Assembly (NCBI GenBank): GCA_963797855.1
Contig: CAWCQX010000003.1
Span: 10,642 to 74,641 of the forward strand
Direction of reading: 5' to 3'
DNA from: an uncultured Chloroflexia bacterium
Lineage (GTDB): Bacteria > Chloroflexota > Limnocylindria > QHBO01
Length of the DNA: 64,000 nucleotides
Each line of letters opens with the position of its first letter. The first letter of the stretch is position 1. This document shows, one piece after another, positions 42,243-50,987 of this stretch. Both the position numbers and the translations under genes were made by a program. The notes beneath the pieces are model-generated. The model saw only the letters and a list, made by a program, of their open reading frames with translations. It ran no database searches and was not told the DNA's origin.

Positions 42243-42542
42243 TCAGTACGTGTGGCGGCGGGCCATCTCGCGCTCGATCATCCGCTCCATGACCATGTAC
42301 TTCTCGATCCGTCGCCGGAGCTCGTTCGCCTCGGGCGTGTAGAGATGGACGTACTGCTGGAGCTCGAGGCTGAGCTTGCGGCTGAACATGCGGGCGTGGT
42401 CGAGATTGCGACGCAGGAGGACCTGGTCCATGCGGCGGAGATGCTCCTCGTTGAGGAGGTCCTCGTCGCGGAGCAGCTCGCGATCGGCATCCAGCTGGGT
42501 GCGCTGGAGCTGGACCGGGGTGATGAGCGTTTCGTCGGCCAT
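42243..42542 (-). CDS. Hypothetical all-helical charged protein (99 aa)
   Basis: MADETLITPVQLQRTQLDADRELLRDEDLLNEEHLRRMDQVLLRRNLDHARMFSRKLSLELQQYVHLYTPEANELRRRIEKYMVMERMIEREMARRHTY. Starts 13 nt after the response-regulator stop on the same strand. No family recognised. Confidence 0.55.
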   Translation of the reverse strand: MADETLITPVQLQRTQLDADRELLRDEDLLNEEHLRRMDQVLLRRNLDHARMFSRKLSLELQQYVHLYTPEANELRRRIEKYMVMERMIEREMARRHTY

Positions 42543-42555
42543 CGGCGACGCCAGT

Positions 42556-42960
42556 CTAGCCCGACGCCGGCACGGCTCGCCCGATCAGCCTCTCGACGAG
42601 CTCGGTGATCTCGTCGATCGCGAACGGCTTGGCGAGAACGCGCACGTTGCCGATCCGTTCGAGGTCGGACTCCCGATCTCGCAGGGCGGTGACGTCAGCC
42701 GAGCAGACGATGATCGGCACCGTCGCCAGGCGCTCGTCGGAACGCGCGAGCGTGACGATCTCCCACCCGGATGCTCCTCCGAGGAGCAGGTCGACGATGA
42801 TCAGGTCGGGATCCGATGCGGCCAGCTCGGAGATCTCGACGACCTCGCCCTTGAAGAGGCTGACGTCGTAGCCCGCGTCCTCGTCGAGGATCGCGGCCAT
42901 GAGGTCGAGGAACTCGGCGTTGTCGTTCACCACGCTGATGCGCGGTCGTCGCTCGGGCAT
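42556..42960 (-). CDS. Single-domain (CheY-like) response regulator
   Basis: 134 aa. Phospho-acceptor context DLIIVDLLL, conserved Ser (IIVCSAD) and Lys (LAKPF). AGGAG upstream. No output domain. Confidence 0.8.
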   Translation of the reverse strand: MPERRPRISVVNDNAEFLDLMAAILDEDAGYDVSLFKGEVVEISELAASDPDLIIVDLLLGGASGWEIVTLARSDERLATVPIIVCSADVTALRDRESDLERIGNVRVLAKPFAIDEITELVERLIGRAVPASG

Positions 42961-42984
42961 CGGGCGCTCCTGCGATGGGTGACG

Positions 42985-42990
42985 AGTATA
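42985..42990 (-). promoter_or_regulatory. Candidate -10 (TATACT) for the response-regulator operon
   Basis: Minus-strand TATACT lies ~25 nt upstream of ATG 42960, with AGGAG in between. Confidence 0.3.
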
Positions 42991-43012
42991 GGCGAGCGCT
43001 ATCCTCTCGACG

Positions 43013-43089
43013 GTCCCCGTAGCTCAGTGGATCAGAGCAGCCGCCTTCTAAGCGGCCGGTCGCAGGTTCGAATCCTGCCGGGGACGCCA
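43013..43089 (+). tRNA. tRNA-Arg (anticodon UCU), CCA encoded
   Basis: GTCCCCG acceptor stem pairs with CGGGGAC. D-arm TAGCTCAGTGGATCAGAGC. Anticodon stem GCCGC/GCGGC with loop CTTCTAA. T-arm GGTTCGAATCC. Ends in GCCA. Confidence 0.9.
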
Positions 43090-43100
43090 CCTCCCCGCGC

Positions 43101-44315
43101 TCAGCCTCCGAGCCTCTCGATCGCATCGGCGGCCTCGTCGAGACCGCGCTCCTTCTCGAGCTCGCTCGCCAGGGCGCCAGCACGCTGGCGCATGGCCGGA
43201 TCGGCGGCGCTGGCGAGGGCCGCCGAGGCCAGGCGCTCGGCCTGCAGACCGCGCACGGGCTGGGGCTCCGGCGCGACTCCGAGCCGCCGAAGCCGATCGG
43301 CCCAGTAGGGCTGGTCACCGACATGCGGAATCACGAGCGACGGAACGCCGGCCGCGACGACGGCGTGGGTCGTTCCCGAGCCGCCGTGATGCACGACGAG
43401 CGCCGCGCGCGGGAAGAGCGCGCGGTGGTCGACCGCACCGATGCGGATCAGGCCGGGCGAGGTGACGCCCGCGGCGATCGATCCCTGGACGACGACCCGA
43501 CGACCGCTCTCGAGGATCGCTCGCACGGCGCCGTCAATCGCCGCCTCCGACGCGCCGGCCATCGAGCCGAAGCCGATGACGATCGGGGCGGCACCATCGG
43601 CAAGAAAGGCCTCCAGCTCCGATGGCAGCGGAGACACGGGACGGTCGTCGAGCCAGGCGCCCGTGACGAGCGTGCCCGCCGGCAGGTCGGGAGGCACCCG
43701 GATGATCGCCGGAGAGCACGCGAGGAGATGGAGCCGCGGCGAGCGAGCGCGGAAGAGCGGCAGGCCACGCTGCGCACTCCCGGCGCGCGCCAGGACGCCG
43801 TCGACGGGGCGCCCGACCCGCGCGAGGATCCGGTCGAGCATCCACCACGCGGGCCGGTTCAGCGGACCGAGCGGGGGCAGGCCCGGTGGAGGCGCGCTGC
43901 GCGTCGGCAGCAGGACCGGGTCGAACACCGCCGTGGCGAACGCCAGCCCGGCGTCGAGGACCGCGGCGTGCGCGAGGACGTGAATGCCATGGACGACGAC
44001 GACGTCGTGACCCGGCAGCAGCGTCCTCAGCCGCCGATAGTGGTCCTCGCCGTCCGCGATGTGGAAGTCGCGAAGGATGGCGACCTGCTGGAGCGGTGGC
44101 CGCCCGGCGACGTCCGCCGCGACGGCGGCGATCCGACCGGCGTCTGCATGCGGGCCGGCGACCTCGACCCGCACGCCCGCCTCCGAGAGCGCGGCGCGAT
44201 GGACCGGCCAGCTGATCGCCGTCACCTCGTGGCCGCGGGCGACGAGCCGCCGGGCGAGCAGCACGAACGGCGCAACGTCCCCGGTGGTGCCGACCGTCGC
44301 CAGCGCGATCCGCAT
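43101..44315 (-). CDS. GT1-family (MGT/UGT-type) glycosyltransferase
   Basis: 404-aa intact ORF. MRIALATVGTTGDVAPFVLLARRL and the C-terminal donor-binding motif VVHHGGSGTTHAVVAAGVPSLVIPHVGDQPYWA. Confidence 0.8.
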   Translation of the reverse strand: MRIALATVGTTGDVAPFVLLARRLVARGHEVTAISWPVHRAALSEAGVRVEVAGPHADAGRIAAVAADVAGRPPLQQVAILRDFHIADGEDHYRRLRTLLPGHDVVVVHGIHVLAHAAVLDAGLAFATAVFDPVLLPTRSAPPPGLPPLGPLNRPAWWMLDRILARVGRPVDGVLARAGSAQRGLPLFRARSPRLHLLACSPAIIRVPPDLPAGTLVTGAWLDDRPVSPLPSELEAFLADGAAPIVIGFGSMAGASEAAIDGAVRAILESGRRVVVQGSIAAGVTSPGLIRIGAVDHRALFPRAALVVHHGGSGTTHAVVAAGVPSLVIPHVGDQPYWADRLRRLGVAPEPQPVRGLQAERLASAALASAADPAMRQRAGALASELEKERGLDEAADAIERLGG

Positions 44316-44318
44316 CGG

Positions 44319-45212
44319 TCAGATGGCGGCGATGCTGCGCGGCGCCAGGCGCGGGCCGTACCGCGGCGCGACGATCCCTCCGACCTCCAGCAGCCGCTGC
44401 ACGCGGCCGCGCTGGCCGCGGTATGGCTCGAGCAGCTCGAGCATGCGAGCGTCGTCGGCGCGCGGCTCGCCCGCGAGCGCCCAGGCGACCGTGTTCGGGA
44501 TGTGGAAGTCGCCGACGCTCACGGCGTCGGGGTCGCCGAAGGCGCAGCGAACGACCTCCGCGGCGGTCCACGCACCGATGCCGGGAAGCGACCGCAGCCG
44601 GGCCGTCGCTTCGGCCGCGGAGCCCGCCGCATCCAGCCACGCGGCCCGCGCCGCTGCGCGGCGGATGACCTCGGCGCGCCGCCGCTCGACGCCGAACGGG
44701 TGGAAGGCGTGATACGGCAGGCCGGCCAGCGTGGCCGGAGCCGGCGGGAGGTGCAGGTCGCCGGGTCCGGGGGCGGGCTCGCCGTGGTGGCGCAGCAGAG
44801 CCGCATACGCGCGGAACGCCTCGGTGCCGGTCACCTTCTGCTCGAGGACCGATGGCAGCAGCGCGTGGAAGACCCGGCGGGTCTGCGGCAGGCGCAGCCC
44901 GGGGTTCTCGCGCTGGAGACGGCGGAGGATCGGGTGGACGGCGGTGAACGCCTCGGGCCGATCCTCCTCGCCGACGAGGAGCGGCGCTCCGTCGAGGGCG
45001 TGCTCGGCGCCCGGACCCCAGGCGGACGCATCGAGCCGCATCGGCGACGAGTGCCGCAGGCGGAGCGTGGCCGGTCCGTCCGGCGTGCGGAAGGCGAGCC
45101 ACGCCTCGCCGCGGGCGAGACGGATCGTGCGATCGCCGCGACCGTGGGCCAGCGGCCCGAGCGTGGCCGGGAGGTCGAGCGGGCCGCGCAGGTCGAGCCC
45201 GCGCTCGATCAC
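44319..45212 (-). CDS. HhH-GPD superfamily DNA glycosylase-like protein (AlkA/3-methyladenine glycosylase II-like)
   Basis: GTG 45212 overlaps the upstream stop (GTGA). HhH-GPD motif LRSLPGIGAWTAAEVVRCAFGDPDAVSVGDFH. The earlier part of ORF 44319-45587 is out-of-frame read-through of the upstream gene. Confidence 0.7.
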   Translation of the reverse strand: MIERGLDLRGPLDLPATLGPLAHGRGDRTIRLARGEAWLAFRTPDGPATLRLRHSSPMRLDASAWGPGAEHALDGAPLLVGEEDRPEAFTAVHPILRRLQRENPGLRLPQTRRVFHALLPSVLEQKVTGTEAFRAYAALLRHHGEPAPGPGDLHLPPAPATLAGLPYHAFHPFGVERRRAEVIRRAAARAAWLDAAGSAAEATARLRSLPGIGAWTAAEVVRCAFGDPDAVSVGDFHIPNTVAWALAGEPRADDARMLELLEPYRGQRGRVQRLLEVGGIVAPRYGPRLAPRSIAAI

Positions 45213-46210
45213 CGGCGCATCGAGAGGAGGAGCGGAGTCGGGCCGGCCTGGGCGGCCTCGAACTCGGATCGGCTGCGCAGGCCCCGGTATCCCTCGGCGA
45301 CGGCGATCTGCGCGCAGGCCGTCCCCAGCGAGCCGCCCGGCCCGGGAAGGAGCACGACGTCGGGCGCGTATTCGCGGAGCGCGAGCCGCAGGCTGGTCGC
45401 GAAGTCGTACGTGGTGCCGCCCTGCCCGCGCAGCGAGAGCTCGGCCAGCTCGTCCGGATCGGTCGACCACGGCGTGAACCGGACCCCTCGCCCGTCGATG
45501 AGGGTCACGTTCGGCCGATCCCAGCGCAGGTCGCCGAGCCGGCTCGCCGCCTCCTCCGCGGCCGCCGCGCGAAGGGGGGTATGCCACGCGTCCGCGCTGG
45601 CGAGGCGAAGTGGATAGTCCCGATCCGCGATCTGCACGGGTTGCAGGCGTCCCGCGAGCGAGTCGATGCCGTCCGAGGTCCCGGCGATCACCGCGAACGG
45701 GCCGAGATCGATCGCGACGGCGGTGCCTCCGTTGGTCTCGCCGAGCGCGTCGCTCAGACCCTCGATGCGCGCCTGGGCCGGCTGCCAGGCCTCATCGGTG
45801 AGCGGGTAGATGAGCTCCGCCGGCGCCGAATCGCCCTGGAGCGGTGCCTCGGCGGCGGCCGCCATCTCCTGCACGAGCCGGAAGGCGTCGTCGAATCCGA
45901 GGGCGCCCGAGGCGGCGAGCGCGGTATACCAGCCCGTCGAGTTCGCGACCACGACGACCACCTCGTGGTCATCGGCGATGCGCTCCGCGTCGAGGAGGCT
46001 GCACAGGAAGACGAGCGGCCAGGCATTCGACGGCCGCAGGTGCACGCTCGGGTCGAAGCGTTCGGCGCCGTCGATCTCCGCGAGCGGCTGAAGGCCGGCG
46101 GCCGCACGCAGCTCGTCTGCGCGGCGCACCCACGGATGGCCGGACGGCAGCGAGCCCAGGGAGGGCGGCCCGTACGAGCCCCGGCCGGGAAAGGCGACCG
46201 CTGCGCGCAT
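45209..46210 (-). CDS. FabD/malonyl-CoA:ACP-transacylase-fold acyltransferase-like protein
   Basis: ATG 46210 overlaps the E1 stop (TGATG). MRAAVAFPGRGSY resembles FPGQGSQ, and the nucleophile elbow VVANSTGWYTALAASGAL resembles GHSLGE. The rest is divergent. Confidence 0.6.
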   Translation of the reverse strand: MRAAVAFPGRGSYGPPSLGSLPSGHPWVRRADELRAAAGLQPLAEIDGAERFDPSVHLRPSNAWPLVFLCSLLDAERIADDHEVVVVVANSTGWYTALAASGALGFDDAFRLVQEMAAAAEAPLQGDSAPAELIYPLTDEAWQPAQARIEGLSDALGETNGGTAVAIDLGPFAVIAGTSDGIDSLAGRLQPVQIADRDYPLRLASADAWHTPLRAAAAEEAASRLGDLRWDRPNVTLIDGRGVRFTPWSTDPDELAELSLRGQGGTTYDFATSLRLALREYAPDVVLLPGPGGSLGTACAQIAVAEGYRGLRSRSEFEAAQAGPTPLLLSMRR

Positions 46211-48474
46211 CACGTTCGCGACGCCGCGTGCTTGCGCCTGCCCACCGCGGCAACCGCGGCCGCGACGACCTGGTCGACGCCAACGAGCACGGCCGCCGTC
46301 GCGGGACCGAGCGGCACGAACGAGTCGACCGCCCGGACCGAGGCGAGACGCTTCGCGATCTTGTGCTCGGCGAGGTCCGCGATGATCGCGTCGGCCACCC
46401 CGCCGCCGGTCGCGCGACACTCGTCGACGACGACCACGGTGCCGATGCCCTTGGCCTGCGCCCGAATCGCCTCCGTCGGCAGCGGGTTGAGCCATCGGAC
46501 ATCGATGACGCGAGCCCGCAGGTCGTGCTCGTCGGCGAGGCGTTTCGCCGCCTGGAGGCTGAGCCGAAGGCCGTTGGCGTAGCTGATCAGCAGCAGATCG
46601 TCCGCATCGGTCTCGTTGTGGAGGCCGATCTCGCCGGGAAGCAGCACCTCGGGCGGAGCGGGGTAGGTCGTGAGCCATCCCTCGTCGCCGTCGGCGTGGA
46701 GGTCCTTCTCGTGGTAGAGGGCGATCGGCTCGAGGAAGACGACGACGCGGCCGTCCTCGGCCGCCATGGCGATCGCGCCGCGGAGCATGCGGGCGGCATC
46801 GTCGCCGCGCGCCGGCGCGGCCAGCACCAGGCCGGGAATGTCCCGCAGCGCCCCGACGCTGTTGTCGTTGTGGAAGTGGCCGCCGAACCCCTTCTGGTAC
46901 GCGAGACCGGGCACGCGCACGACCATCGGGTTGCGGAACTGGCCGGAGCTGAAGAACTGGAGCGTGGCGGCCTCGCCGCGAAGCTGGTCGATCGCGTTGT
47001 GGACGTAGGCGAGGTACTGGATCTCGGGCACGGGGAGCAGGCCGATGTGGGCCGCGCCCTCGGCGATCCCGAGGATGCTCGTCTCGTCGAGGAGCGTGTC
47101 GAAGACGCGCGCCGGGCCGAATCGCCGCTGCAGCCCGTTCGTGACGTTGTAGACGCCGCCCTTTCGCCCGACGTCCTCGCCGAAGACGAGCAGCTCCGGC
47201 CGCCGGAGGAGCTCGTCGGCCAGGGCGGCGTTGATCGCCCCCGCCAGCGTGCGGGCGTTCGGGGTTCCGGCCGTCTCCGGCAGCGCGCCGCCGAACGACG
47301 CGGACCGCTCCTCGGGCGTCGCCACGGGCGCTCCCGCGCGCTCCCGGACCCGATCGGCGTGGTAGGGAGCCATCGGTGCGACGACCTCCTCGGTCGTCTG
47401 GAGCTGCGGACGCCGCGCCGCCTCTTCGGCGACGGCCATGACTCGCTCCCGCGTCTCACGGACGAGGTCCCGCAGCTCGTCCGGCGTTGCCGCGCCGAGC
47501 TCGACCAGGCGCCGCGCGTTGCGCACGAGCGGGTCGCGTGCCTCGACCTCCTCGATCTGCGGGATCGACCGATAGGTCGGCTCGGCATCGCTGCCGGCGT
47601 GCCCCCACAGCCGCACCGTCCGCAGGTGGAGGAAGACGGGCTGGCGCGCGCCGCGGACGTGGGCGATCGCCGTCTCGACGGCGGTCCACGTTTCGTCGAG
47701 CTCACCGTCGGCCGCGATGTAGCGGAGGTGGGGCATGCCACCGAACGTGGACTCGATCCAGCCCTCTGGCGTCGGCACGCTGATGCCGGTGCCGTTGTCC
47801 TCGCAGACGAGCAGCAGGGGCATCGGCAACCCCATGCGCACGGCGTAGCGCGCCGTGTTGATCGCGGCGAGGGCGGTGGCGTGGTTCGCGCTCGCGTCGC
47901 CGAACGAGCAGACGACGACGGCGTCCTCCGGCAGGTCGATCCCGACGCCGATGCGCTTCGCGCGGGCCAGGCTGAAGGCGAGGCCCATCGCCTTCGGCAG
48001 GTGGCTCGCGATCGTGCTCGTCTGGGGCGGGATCCACAGCGGCCGGCTGCCCCACACCTTGTGGCGGCCCTGGGCGATCGGGTCCTCGCTCGAGGCGACG
48101 ATCCCGAGCAGCGTATCGAGCGTCGGCGTGGTGCCGGCGCGCTGGCGGGAACGGGCCATGACGAACCCGCCCGAGCGGTAGTGCAGGAACGCCGGGTCGT
48201 CCGTGCGCAGCTGTGCGCCGATGATCGCGTTGTCCTCGTGCCCGGCCGAGCTGATCGTGTAGAAGCTGCGGGCGGTCTTCTTCAGCTCGCGGGCAGCGAC
48301 GTCGATCTGCCTCGAGGCGAGCTGGTCCTCGAACAGCGCCACCGCGGCGGCGGCCGTGAGGGTGGTCCCGGGGTGGAGGGCCGCGTGCGGGGCAAGGGGA
48401 CTCCCGGCCGGCTCCGCGCCGGCGAGGTACGTATCGAGACGGTTTTCGACGATCGCGACGCGATCCCAGGTCAT
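46210..48474 (-). CDS. Fused alpha/beta E1-type thiamine-diphosphate-dependent 2-oxoacid dehydrogenase component
   Basis: 754-aa intact ORF. TPP motif FGDASANHATALAAINTARYAVRMGLPMPLLLVCEDNG in the N-terminal half; E1-beta-like FGEDVGRKGGVYNVTNGL...FDTLLDETSILGIAEGAA in the C-terminal half. Confidence 0.85.
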   Translation of the reverse strand: MTWDRVAIVENRLDTYLAGAEPAGSPLAPHAALHPGTTLTAAAAVALFEDQLASRQIDVAARELKKTARSFYTISSAGHEDNAIIGAQLRTDDPAFLHYRSGGFVMARSRQRAGTTPTLDTLLGIVASSEDPIAQGRHKVWGSRPLWIPPQTSTIASHLPKAMGLAFSLARAKRIGVGIDLPEDAVVVCSFGDASANHATALAAINTARYAVRMGLPMPLLLVCEDNGTGISVPTPEGWIESTFGGMPHLRYIAADGELDETWTAVETAIAHVRGARQPVFLHLRTVRLWGHAGSDAEPTYRSIPQIEEVEARDPLVRNARRLVELGAATPDELRDLVRETRERVMAVAEEAARRPQLQTTEEVVAPMAPYHADRVRERAGAPVATPEERSASFGGALPETAGTPNARTLAGAINAALADELLRRPELLVFGEDVGRKGGVYNVTNGLQRRFGPARVFDTLLDETSILGIAEGAAHIGLLPVPEIQYLAYVHNAIDQLRGEAATLQFFSSGQFRNPMVVRVPGLAYQKGFGGHFHNDNSVGALRDIPGLVLAAPARGDDAARMLRGAIAMAAEDGRVVVFLEPIALYHEKDLHADGDEGWLTTYPAPPEVLLPGEIGLHNETDADDLLLISYANGLRLSLQAAKRLADEHDLRARVIDVRWLNPLPTEAIRAQAKGIGTVVVVDECRATGGGVADAIIADLAEHKIAKRLASVRAVDSFVPLGPATAAVLVGVDQVVAAAVAAVGRRKHAASRT

Positions 48475-48534
48475 TGGACAGGTCCGGCTTGGGTGGCGTG
48501 GGGCTCGGGGGCGCGCTCATGATAGCGCCGCGGG

Positions 48535-48741
48535 TCACAGGAACGTCAGGAGGGCCCGAAGTCGCGGGAAGTCTCCGCCGCCGGTGGACGCGGCGGTGGC
48601 GGCGGCCAGCAGCAGCTGGGCCGCGAGCGCCGCGATCGGCGACCAGATGAGCCAGATGCGGAGTCGACGCGGATGCACGGGCGGAACCTCGTACGGTGCG
48701 CCGTCGCCGGGCCGCGCCCGCGTCCTGGCGCATCGCCGCAT
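48535..48741 (-). CDS. Possible small single-TM protein (68 aa)
   Basis: ATG 48741 with GGAG 4 nt upstream. High third-position GC. Hydrophobic core LRIWLIWSPIAALAAQLLLAAATAAS. Sits 60 nt upstream of the E1 gene. No homology recognised. Confidence 0.35.
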   Translation of the reverse strand: MRRCARTRARPGDGAPYEVPPVHPRRLRIWLIWSPIAALAAQLLLAAATAASTGGGDFPRLRALLTFL

Positions 48742-48753
48742 GGGACTCCGTCA

Positions 48754-48783
48754 CCGCTTACCAGCCGCTTACGCGCGGCTTAC
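48754..48783. promoter_or_regulatory. Three helically phased direct repeats (CCGCTTAC / CCGCTTAC / CGGCTTAC, 11-bp period)
   Basis: The GCTTAC cores start at 48756, 48767 and 48778. They lie between the EamA stop (48792) and the small ORF/E1 operon start. Candidate binding array for a transcription factor. Confidence 0.4.
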
Positions 48784-48791
48784 CGGCCCGC

Positions 48792-49628
48792 TCACCCGCC
48801 GACGGAGATGAGGACAATCCCGAGGAGCGCGAGGGCCACCCCGACCAACCCGACGGCCGGTAGTCGCTCACCGATCACGAACCGGGCGAGGAGCATCGTG
48901 ACGACGGGGTAGAGGCCGACGATCGCGGCGGCCAGCCCGATCGGGATCGCGTCCCGCGCGAGCACGAAGAAGATGTTGCCGCCGACATCGAGAAGCCCGG
49001 CGGCGACGAGGAGCGCCCAGGGAATCGCAGACCGATCGATGCCGCGCGCGACCACGACGACCGTCGCGATGCCGGCGGAAGCCGCACGGCTGAAGACAAG
49101 GGCCCAGAGGGAGTCGCCCGCGGACGCGGCGAGGTCGATCAGGACGTACCACGCGCCGAACGCGAGGGCCGCCAGCCCGGCGAGGGCCAGCGCTCGGCGC
49201 CCGAGCTCATCCCGCGATGCCCCGCTGGCTGCAGCGGCCGCCGCGGCCGCGCACGCGACGCCGACGAGCTGGAGGGGACCAACGGGCTGGCCGCGCAGGG
49301 CGCCGACCGCCAGCGGCAGGACGAGGGAGCCGGCGCCGGCGACCGCGGTCACGATCCCCATGCTGCCGACGGCCATGCCGCGATACAGGGCGGCGAGGCC
49401 GACCATGCCGGCGACACCCGCCGCCGTCGCGATGGCGATCGCATCGGCCCCCGGCACCGGCGGCCGGACGACGGCCAGGGCCACGAGGAGCGCGACGAGA
49501 CCGATGCCGTGTGCGCCGGCGACGGCCAGCAGCGCCCCGGCGCGCCGAGCTGCCGATGCACCGGCGAAATCGCCGCCACCGAAGGAGAGCGCGCCGAGGA
49601 GGCCGGAGACGACGCCGGTCGAGAGCAT
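48792..49628 (-). CDS. EamA/DMT-family transporter
   Basis: 278-aa intact ORF with ~10 hydrophobic segments and a two-repeat DMT architecture (…LYRGMAVGSMGIVTAV… / …IVGLYPVVTMLLARFVIGERL…). Confidence 0.75.
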   Translation of the reverse strand: MLSTGVVSGLLGALSFGGGDFAGASAARRAGALLAVAGAHGIGLVALLVALAVVRPPVPGADAIAIATAAGVAGMVGLAALYRGMAVGSMGIVTAVAGAGSLVLPLAVGALRGQPVGPLQLVGVACAAAAAAAASGASRDELGRRALALAGLAALAFGAWYVLIDLAASAGDSLWALVFSRAASAGIATVVVVARGIDRSAIPWALLVAAGLLDVGGNIFFVLARDAIPIGLAAAIVGLYPVVTMLLARFVIGERLPAVGLVGVALALLGIVLISVGG

Positions 49629-49764
49629 GGGCGGCGCGACTGTAGCGCATGGGCACGCGCCGTGTCCGCGACCCTGCGGAACGCCGGAATCATTGCTCTC
49701 GGCAGGCTTGGAGCACCGATCCCGGACCGGCGGGCCCCGGAGATCGCGGAATGCGTGCGATGTC

Positions 49765-49793
49765 TTGACACTGCGCCGGTCGCCACGGATAGT
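49765..49793 (+). promoter_or_regulatory. Candidate promoter of the second ABC importer locus
   Basis: TTGACA (49765-49770), 17 nt spacer, GATAGT (49788-49793), ~75 nt upstream of GTG 49868. Confidence 0.4.
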
Positions 49794-49867
49794 GCGCGGA
49801 ACCGACAGCGGTCATCCCGAGCGTCGCAGCGAGCGAGCGCGCATGGCCGCGGCCCAACGAGGTATGC

Positions 49868-50987
49868 GTGGCGGTCGAATCCAACCAGCCGGGGAGGGCG
49901 ACGCTGGGAGTCGAGGAAGCGCCGCCAGCCGTGCGCCTCGAGGGGGTCACGAAGCGCTTCGGTGACGTCGCCGCCGTCGCGGGCATCGATCTCGAGATCG
50001 CCGACGGCGAGTTCTTCAGCATGCTCGGGCCGTCAGGGTCCGGAAAGACGACGACCCTTCGGATGATCGCCGGATTCGAGGTCCCGACCGAGGGCTCGAT
50101 CCAGCTCCACGGACGTGACGTGACCGGCGTGCCGCCGTTCGACCGTGACATCAACACCGTCTTCCAGGACTACGCCCTCTTCCCGCACATGACCGTCGGC
50201 GACAACGTCGCCTACGGCCTGGTGGTGCGTGGGGTCGCCGAAGTCGGAGCGCAACACGCGGGTCACCGAGGCGATGCGCATGGTGCGTCTCGAGGGATAC
50301 GAGGCGCGCCGCCCGGGCCAGCTGTCAGGCGGTCAGCGGCAGCGGGTCGCGTTGGCGCGCGCGCTGGTGAACCGCCCGCGCGTGCTGCTGCTGGACGAGC
50401 CGCTCGGCGCCCTCGACCTGAAGCTGCGCGAGGAGATGCAGATCGAGCTCAAGGCGATCCAGGCGCAGGTGGGCATCACGTTCATCTACGTGACCCACGA
50501 CCAGGAGGAGGCGCTCACGATGAGCAACCGCCTGGCGGTCTTCAACCTCGGATCCATCGAGCAGATCGGGACGCCCGCAGATGTCTACGAGCATCCCGCC
50601 ACGACCTTCGTGGCGGGGTTCGTCGGGACGTCGAACCTCCTCACGGGAGACTCCGCACGAGCGGTCATTGGCGAGGACGGAGTCTTCACCGTCCGTCCGG
50701 AGAAGATCCGGATCGCCCAACCGGACGTGGAGCCAGCACCGGACGAGGGCTCTGCCCTCGGCACGATTCGAGAGGTCGTCTACATCGGACCGGACACGAG
50801 ATTCTTCGTGGCGCTGGACACGGGTGGGGAGCTCGTCGTCATGCGCCAGAACCAGGAAACCCTGTCGATGGAGGCGCTTGCGGCGCAGGGCCAGCGGGTC
50901 CGGCTGCTCTGGAAGCGTCGCCATGTGCTGAGCCTCGCCACGAGCGAGGACCCAATGGGGGACGCGGAGGAAGAGACGAATCCATGA
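49868..50987 (+). pseudogene. ABC transporter ATP-binding protein, PotA-like; frame broken at ~50235
   Basis: Walker [10 protein letters not shown] in ORF 49868-52150. After AYGLVVRG the protein continues in ORF 50229-50987: [40 protein letters not shown]. Confidence 0.85.

Noticed and set aside
31027-43089. A tRNA-Glu to tRNA-Arg bounded genomic island or integrated element
   Set aside because: There is no integrase or recombinase, no partial duplicate of either tRNA 3' end that I could find, and no clear GC or codon shift. The gene content is ordinary metabolism and signalling.
43323-48522. 764-aa and 892-aa plus-strand ORFs (43323-45617, 45844-48522), and the 522-aa minus ORF 43534-45102
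   Set aside because: They are antisense or off-frame relative to the GT1, HhH-GPD, FabD-like and E1 genes, all of which have clear catalytic motifs. The translations are Arg/Pro/Gly-rich low complexity.
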